Positions 58,935-64,000 of a DNA stretch of 64,000 bases are shown in pieces. The notes beneath the pieces were generated by a model, which had not been told where the DNA came from, searched no databases, and saw only the letters and a list, made by a program, of their open reading frames with translations. How positions within the stretch are numbered: position 1 is the first letter of the stretch; every line of letters begins with the position of its first letter. This DNA comes from an uncultured Saprospiraceae bacterium (lineage in GTDB: Bacteria; Bacteroidota; Bacteroidia; Chitinophagales; Saprospiraceae): positions 67 through 64,066 of the forward strand of contig CALBWK010000044.1 in the NCBI GenBank assembly GCA_937969415.1. The letters are read 5' to 3'. A program made the position numbers and the translations under genes.

Positions 58935-59948
58935 CTAAGACAAACCTAGTTTGGTCAATACTTTTTGAAGCGTATCTGCTTTTAAATCATCGACGTGTGC
59001 ACTGATGCCGATAGAATTGGCATAGGCTACTAAATCAACTTCTTTCATTTTAGTGATTTCACTTTTAGACTTCACTTCTTTTCCCATAAGCTTAGCCATC
59101 GTCTCACCAATGTCTGCCGGAGAGTTGACTACAGAAATTCCACACTCTCTCATTATGGCCATCTTAGCTTCTGCAGTGTCATCTTTGCCTCCTACAATAG
59201 CACCTGCATGGCCCATTGTTCTACCCTTAGGAGCAGTCTGTCCAGCAATAAAACCAACTACTGGCTTAGTGCCGTTTTCTTTGATCCATCTTGCCGCATC
59301 CGCTTCCATATTTCCACCTATCTCACCAATCATAACGATGCCGTCAGTATCTGGGTCATTCATAAGAAGCTCTACCGCTTCTTTAGTTGTTGTACCTGGT
59401 ATGGGGTCACCGCCTATGCCGATGCAAGTAGATTGGCCCATTCCGGCCTTAGTGACTTGATCAACCGCTTCATATGTCAAGGTTCCAGATCTTGATACTA
59501 TACCTATTCTTCCTGGATTATGAATAAAACCTGGCATAATACCCACCTTCGCCTCGCCAGGAGTCATCACGCCTGGACAGTTTGGCCCGACTAGTCTACA
59601 GTCCAAATCATTGATATAAGCTTTCACTTTGACCATATCTTGGACAGGTATACCCTCTGTTATGCAAATGATAACTTTGATCCCAGCACTTGCCGCTTCC
59701 ATAATTGCATCACCAGCAAATGGAGGCGGTACAAATATGATAGAAGTATCAGCCCCAGCTTGCTTCACTGCTTCATCGACAGTATTCCAGACAGGCTTAC
59801 CTAAGTGCTCTTGGCCACCTTTACCGGGTGTTACTCCACCGACTATAGGAGTGCCATATTCGATCATCTGACCTGCATGAAAACTACCCTCTTTACCAGT
59901 GATCCCCTGGACAATTATTTTAGAATCTTTTGTGACTAATACTGCCAT
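58935..59948 (-). CDS. sucD: Succinate--CoA ligase subunit alpha with a C-terminal extension of about 45 aa
   Basis: Motifs [20 protein letters not shown] and MGHAGAI. The extra tail follows the canonical ...[12 protein letters not shown] end. Confidence 0.93.
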   Translation of the reverse strand: MAVLVTKDSKIIVQGITGKEGSFHAGQMIEYGTPIVGGVTPGKGGQEHLGKPVWNTVDEAVKQAGADTSIIFVPPPFAGDAIMEAASAGIKVIICITEGIPVQDMVKVKAYINDLDCRLVGPNCPGVMTPGEAKVGIMPGFIHNPGRIGIVSRSGTLTYEAVDQVTKAGMGQSTCIGIGGDPIPGTTTKEAVELLMNDPDTDGIVMIGEIGGNMEADAARWIKENGTKPVVGFIAGQTAPKGRTMGHAGAIVGGKDDTAEAKMAIMRECGISVVNSPADIGETMAKLMGKEVKSKSEITKMKEVDLVAYANSIGISAHVDDLKADTLQKVLTKLGLS

Positions 59949-59954
59949 TATACT

Positions 59955-60260
59955 TTACTTAATTAAGATTATTTCTTCGTTTTCTTTATGAAAGAGGTAT
60001 TTCTCTCTTCCGTACTTTTCTATATTCTTGTTGATCGTTTCTCTTTCTACTACTGCTTCATCTAGCATACGTTCATAATCCGTTTTCTGGTTCTCCAGCT
60101 TCTCTACGTTATTGGATAATTTGAATTGCGTAATGAAATTGTATTTATCAAAGAATGCCAACCAGACTAGAAACACTAAGGTCGTTAAAGTGTACTTATT
60201 CACCCAACCTTTGTCTTGTTTCTTGCCTTTACTCTTTTTAACTGTCTTCTTCTTTGCCAT
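59955..60260 (-). CDS. Septum formation initiator (FtsB/DivIC-like) protein
   Basis: 101 aa. K-rich N-terminus, one TM segment, then a coiled coil. Confidence 0.65.
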   Translation of the reverse strand: MAKKKTVKKSKGKKQDKGWVNKYTLTTLVFLVWLAFFDKYNFITQFKLSNNVEKLENQKTDYERMLDEAVVERETINKNIEKYGREKYLFHKENEEIILIK

Positions 60261-60296
60261 AATTACATATTATAATTATCAAATATATGTAATCTA

Positions 60297-61574
60297 CTAC
60301 TTTAATATAGCTTTTCCTGGGTAGTAAGCCATTGAGCCTAGCTCTTCCTCTATTCTTAACAGTTGATTGTATTTCGCCATTCTGTCCGATCTAGAAGCAG
60401 ATCCAGTCTTAATCTGTCCAGTATTGAGGGCTACAGCAAGGTCTGCGATAGTTGTATCTTCTGTCTCTCCAGATCTATGACTCATAACAGAAGTATACTT
60501 ATGAGCTCTAGCCAATGAGATGGCATCTATGGTTTCTGACAAAGTGCCTATCTGATTTACCTTGATAAGAATACTATTGGCGGCACCATCTTTAATACCA
60601 CGAGCAAGTTTCTCAGTGTTTGTAACAAATAGATCATCTCCGACCAATTGAATCTTATCTCCAGTCGCTGCTGTTAAGTCAGACCACGCTTGCCAGTCAT
60701 CCTCATCTAGGCCATCCTCTATAGAGAAAATAGGATATTGCTTAGCCCAGTCAGTCCAGTAAGCGACCATATCTGAAGAGCTTAGCTTCTCATTAGTGGA
60801 CTTATGGAATACATACTTCTTCTTTGTATAGAATTCGGATGCAGCCGCATCCATTGCTATCCACACATCTTTTCCAGCTTTGTACCCAGCTTTACTAATA
60901 GACTTTAAGACAATTTCTATTGCTTCCTTATTGGATCCAATATTAGGCGCAAAGCCTCCTTCATCACCGACATTGGTAGATAGACCTTTGGATTTGAGTA
61001 CTGACTTGAGAGCATGAAATATTTCGACACCCATCTTCAATGCTTGAGAGAAAGTCTCCGCACCGATCGGTACTACCATAAACTCCTGAAAGTCGATACT
61101 ATTATCTGCATGTGAACCACCATTTAAGATATTCATCATCGGTACTGGTAGCGTGTGAGCATTGACCCCGCCTACATACTTATAAAGTGGCTGTTGTGTC
61201 TCTAAAGCTGCAGCTTTCGCTACAGCGAGGGATACACCGAGTATCGCATTGGCTCCTAACTTGGCTTTGTTGCTCGTCCCATCAAGGTCTATCATCAACT
61301 TATCGATGGCTCTTTGCTCTTCGACTTGTACGCCAATTAGGGCACTTCTTAATTTTTTATTGACATTGGCAATGGCCTTAGAGACACCTTTACCATTCCA
61401 GTGTTTTTTTACCCCATCTCTGAGTTCTACTGCTTCGTATTTTCCGGTAGAAGCACCAGAAGGAACTGCAGCTCTTCCTAAGTAACCATTCTCCGTGATT
61501 ACATCTACTTCAATAGTTGGATTTCCTCTTGAATCCAAAATTTGTCTAGCGAATATTTCTCCTATTCTACTCAT
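60297..61574 (-). CDS. eno: Enolase
   Basis: SHRSGETED motif. GAPNILNGG-type motifs. 425 aa. Confidence 0.97.
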   Translation of the reverse strand: MSRIGEIFARQILDSRGNPTIEVDVITENGYLGRAAVPSGASTGKYEAVELRDGVKKHWNGKGVSKAIANVNKKLRSALIGVQVEEQRAIDKLMIDLDGTSNKAKLGANAILGVSLAVAKAAALETQQPLYKYVGGVNAHTLPVPMMNILNGGSHADNSIDFQEFMVVPIGAETFSQALKMGVEIFHALKSVLKSKGLSTNVGDEGGFAPNIGSNKEAIEIVLKSISKAGYKAGKDVWIAMDAAASEFYTKKKYVFHKSTNEKLSSSDMVAYWTDWAKQYPIFSIEDGLDEDDWQAWSDLTAATGDKIQLVGDDLFVTNTEKLARGIKDGAANSILIKVNQIGTLSETIDAISLARAHKYTSVMSHRSGETEDTTIADLAVALNTGQIKTGSASRSDRMAKYNQLLRIEEELGSMAYYPGKAILK

Positions 61575-62689
61575 ACAGTTACTTGTTTGCTTTTATTGAG
61601 CATCTCTATAAAATCGTCGAATAGATATCGAGAATCGTGTGGTCCAGGAGATGCTTCCGGATGATATTGTACTGAAAAAGCTTGAGTGCCTTTAATTCTT
61701 ATTCCTTCGATGGTATCGTCATTGAGATTCATATGTGTGACCTCCACTTGATCGTGGGCAGAGATAGCTTCTGGACTAACACCAAAGCCGTGATTCTGGC
61801 TCGTCACTTCACACAAGCCTGTAACCAGATTCTTAACAGGATGATTAATGCCTCTGTGCCCATTATGCATTTTATATGTTGGGATGTCGTGAGCGAGTGC
61901 TAATAATTGGTGACCTAAACAGATACCAAACATCGGTTTGTTCTCTTTAAGTAAAGTCTTAATTGTCTCTATGGCATAATCCATAGAAGCAGGATCGCCA
62001 GGCCCATTTGACAAAAAGAAACCATCTGGTTTGTAGGCTAATATTTCACTTGCAGATGTTTTGGCTGGAAAGACTTTCACTTTTGCACCACGCTTAGTGA
62101 AACAACGAAGTATACTTTTCTTCGTACCAAAATCTAAAACAGCTATTGAAATATCTGCATCATCTTTTCCCAACTCATAAGATTTATCAGTGCTGACTTT
62201 AGAGGCCAGTTCCAAACCTTCCATAGACGGAATAGCTTTGCACTTTTCTTTAAGCACTTCTATATCTAGCTCATCCGTAGATATAAGACAATTCATTGCT
62301 CCTTTATCTCTTATATGCTTAACTATTGCACGTGTATCCACTTGGTGAATACATACTATGTTGTTTTCAACAAAATAGCTTTGAATATTCTTGTCTGCTT
62401 GGCTTCGAGAAAAGACATGGGAAAAATTCTTACAAACCAAGCCAGCTATCTGAACTTTGCCAGATTCAACTTCTGTATTCTTGGTTCCATAATTTCCAAT
62501 GTGTGCATTGGTCGTCACGAGAACTTGACCTGCATATGAAGGATCTGTAAAGATCTCTTGATATCCCGTCATTCCTGTATTGAAGCATAGCTCTCCAGTA
62601 CCGATACCTTTTATACCCGCAGCTTTACCTTTGAAATAAGTACCGTCTTCAAGAAGAAGCACAGCATTTTGGAGTTGAGTCTCTGACAT
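61571..62689 (-). CDS. carA: Carbamoyl-phosphate synthase small (glutaminase) subunit
   Basis: GICLGHQ catalytic cysteine motif. [12 protein letters not shown] motif. Confidence 0.95.
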   Translation of the reverse strand: MSETQLQNAVLLLEDGTYFKGKAAGIKGIGTGELCFNTGMTGYQEIFTDPSYAGQVLVTTNAHIGNYGTKNTEVESGKVQIAGLVCKNFSHVFSRSQADKNIQSYFVENNIVCIHQVDTRAIVKHIRDKGAMNCLISTDELDIEVLKEKCKAIPSMEGLELASKVSTDKSYELGKDDADISIAVLDFGTKKSILRCFTKRGAKVKVFPAKTSASEILAYKPDGFFLSNGPGDPASMDYAIETIKTLLKENKPMFGICLGHQLLALAHDIPTYKMHNGHRGINHPVKNLVTGLCEVTSQNHGFGVSPEAISAHDQVEVTHMNLNDDTIEGIRIKGTQAFSVQYHPEASPGPHDSRYLFDDFIEMLNKSKQVTV

Positions 62690-62780
62690 TGACTAGATTT
62701 AACTTGGCCCAAATATAAGCAATGACTATCATATGATATTCAGCAATAAAAGCTATTCACCACGTTATGGTTAAGGGACT

Positions 62781-62813
62781 AAAAAAAAGCAGGACATACC
62801 AAATATGCCCTGC
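62781..62813 (-). terminator. Rho-independent terminator downstream of rplQ
   Basis: 10-bp stem (62789..62798 and 62804..62813, with one G-U pair on the minus-strand RNA), followed by U8. Confidence 0.75.
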
Positions 62814-62846
62814 TTTATATCTTGAAAATTCATTAAGAAATGAATT

Positions 62847-63329
62847 CTATTCTTCTTCTTGAGAAGTTGACGCTGCTGCTGTTGCCGCTGCAGCTGCACC
62901 ACCTTTCTTCTTACCACCTCTTCTTCTTCTAGATCCACCTTTCTTAGCGCCTGCACTATTTGTATAAACGTCATTAAAGTCAACAAGCTCAATCATAGCC
63001 ATCTCTGCACCATCACCTTTTCTAAACCCTGTCTTGATTACTCTTGTATATCCACCTGGTCTACCTGCTATTTTGGGTGCCACGGTCGAGAATAATTCCG
63101 TAACAGCATACTTGTTTTGGAGGTAGCTGAATACAGTACGTCTAGAGTGCTGTGTGTCAGTCTTTGATTTTGTCATCAACGGTTCCACATAAACTCTTAG
63201 CGCTTTAGCTTTAGCCAATGTCGTATTGATTCTTTTGTGCTCTATTAGCGCAATAGATAAGTTTCTTAATAGAGCTCTTCTGTGCCCTTTCTGTCTTCCT
63301 AAGTGGTTGAATTTCTTTCCGTGTCTCAT
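62847..63329 (-). CDS. rplQ: 50S ribosomal protein L17 with a basic/Ala-rich C-terminal tail
   Basis: [12 protein letters not shown]...[10 protein letters not shown]...GGYTRV. Confidence 0.96.
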   Translation of the reverse strand: MRHGKKFNHLGRQKGHRRALLRNLSIALIEHKRINTTLAKAKALRVYVEPLMTKSKTDTQHSRRTVFSYLQNKYAVTELFSTVAPKIAGRPGGYTRVIKTGFRKGDGAEMAMIELVDFNDVYTNSAGAKKGGSRRRRGGKKKGGAAAAATAAASTSQEEE

Positions 63330-63455
63330 ATCTGAGAATTAAGTTATATCACTGCTTTTCGAAACTCTAATCGACCTGTTACTAGATCAAAAGCGGTTAA
63401 TATCATTTTATAATAAGGATCCGAGTTATCGGGTCGATACGATCCTCTAAATTCT

Positions 63456-64000
63456 TTACTCTTCGTCCAGCTTGTACTTAGAGAGATCCATTCCAAAGGT
63501 CAGCCCTTTGTTCTGTAATAGCTCTTCTATCTCCACTAATGATTTCTTTCCGAAGTTTCTGAACTTCAACAACTCATTAGTATCGTACTTAACCATCTCT
63601 CCAAGAGAGTTGATTTTAGCTGCTTTAAGACAGTTGTAAGCTCTTACTGAAAGATCTAAATCCTCTAGAGGCGTCTTCAGTAGCTTACGCATATGTAAAA
63701 TATGCTCGTCAACAATATCATCTTCTCTGCTCTTCTCTGTTTCGAACGTAATGTTCTCATCAGTTACAAGCATCAAGTGTTGTATCAATATTCTAGAAGC
63801 TTCCTTGATGGCATCTTCTGGATGGATCGTACCATCAGTTTTGATATCTATATTGAGTTTTTCGTAATCCGTTCTTTGTCCTACCCTTGTGTTCTCAATT
63901 TTATAAGCCACATTTTTGATAGGCGTGTAAATCGCATCTACTGGGATAACACCGATTGGCGCATCCTTAGGAAGTGTTTCTCCTGCTGAAACGTAGCCTC
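63456..64000 (-). CDS. rpoA: DNA-directed RNA polymerase alpha subunit (partial; the 5' end lies beyond the window)
   Basis: The frame is open to position 64000 (..[33 protein letters not shown]..). C-terminal-domain motif [10 protein letters not shown]. Confidence 0.95.
   Translation of the reverse strand, partial: GYVSAGETLPKDAPIGVIPVDAIYTPIKNVAYKIENTRVGQRTDYEKLNIDIKTDGTIHPEDAIKEASRILIQHLMLVTDENITFETEKSREDDIVDEHILHMRKLLKTPLEDLDLSVRAYNCLKAAKINSLGEMVKYDTNELLKFRNFGKKSLVEIEELLQNKGLTFGMDLSKYKLDEE

Noticed and set aside
62847-62960. L17 C-terminal basic/alanine-rich extension (..[30 protein letters not shown]), and the overlapping 73-aa ORF at 62771..62992
   Set aside because: Low-complexity tails on ribosomal proteins are common and are not evidence of a novel function. 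The overlapping ORF is a shadow frame.
1-64000. Search by eye for tRNA, rRNA, tmRNA, RNase P, riboswitch, transposase, integrase, toxin-antitoxin or known defense genes
   Set aside because: No convincing conserved cores were seen in any intergenic region (for example GGTTCGAATCC-type T-arms), and no recombinase or nuclease motifs appeared in the ORFs. Running covariance-model and HMM scans would be needed to exclude small RNAs.

Overview
This window looks like a mostly housekeeping chromosomal segment from a Bacteroidota-type genome. Supporting signs are two C-terminal T9SS sorting domains, a DUF4199+GT2 pair, an exbB-exbD-exbD cluster, the order rpoA-rplQ-carA-eno, and TAnnTTTG-type -7 boxes. 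I could support about 65 protein genes. Recognised genes include metG, lon, bcp, meaB, folC, def, lipA, pfkA, coaX, purH, tdk, murQ, truA, sucD, eno, carA, rplQ and a partial rpoA. By eye I found no rRNA, tRNA, CRISPR array, transposase or integrase. Three visibly AT-richer accessory islets stand out: 1-1830, 29870-32080 and 43540-47230. The strongest observation is two unrelated secreted-protein genes (1..1829 minus, 45186..45742 plus). Each carries a perfect pyrimidine simple-sequence repeat inside its signal-peptide codons, (TTTC)7 and (TTTCTTC)4. In each, the only ATG is exactly one repeat unit out of frame with the long ORF body. This matches an opa-like slipped-strand phase switch, with both copies OFF, and the second controls a translationally coupled T9SS cargo gene. 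Other leads: (1) a helical-repeat protein with a divergent 20-codon micro-ORF and duplicated 15-mers; (2) a minus-strand gene string encoding a membrane-anchored PspA-like protein, a substrate-binding::OmpA fusion, an ABC transporter, MeaB and an M23 peptidase; (3) a peptide deformylase with a lipoprotein leader; (4) a lycopene-cyclase-family gene whose Rossmann motif lies upstream of any canonical start; (5) SucD with a C-terminal extension; (6) a repeat-rich, palindrome-bearing spacer ahead of an orphan ATPase. All functional calls rest on motif recognition by eye; no database search was run.
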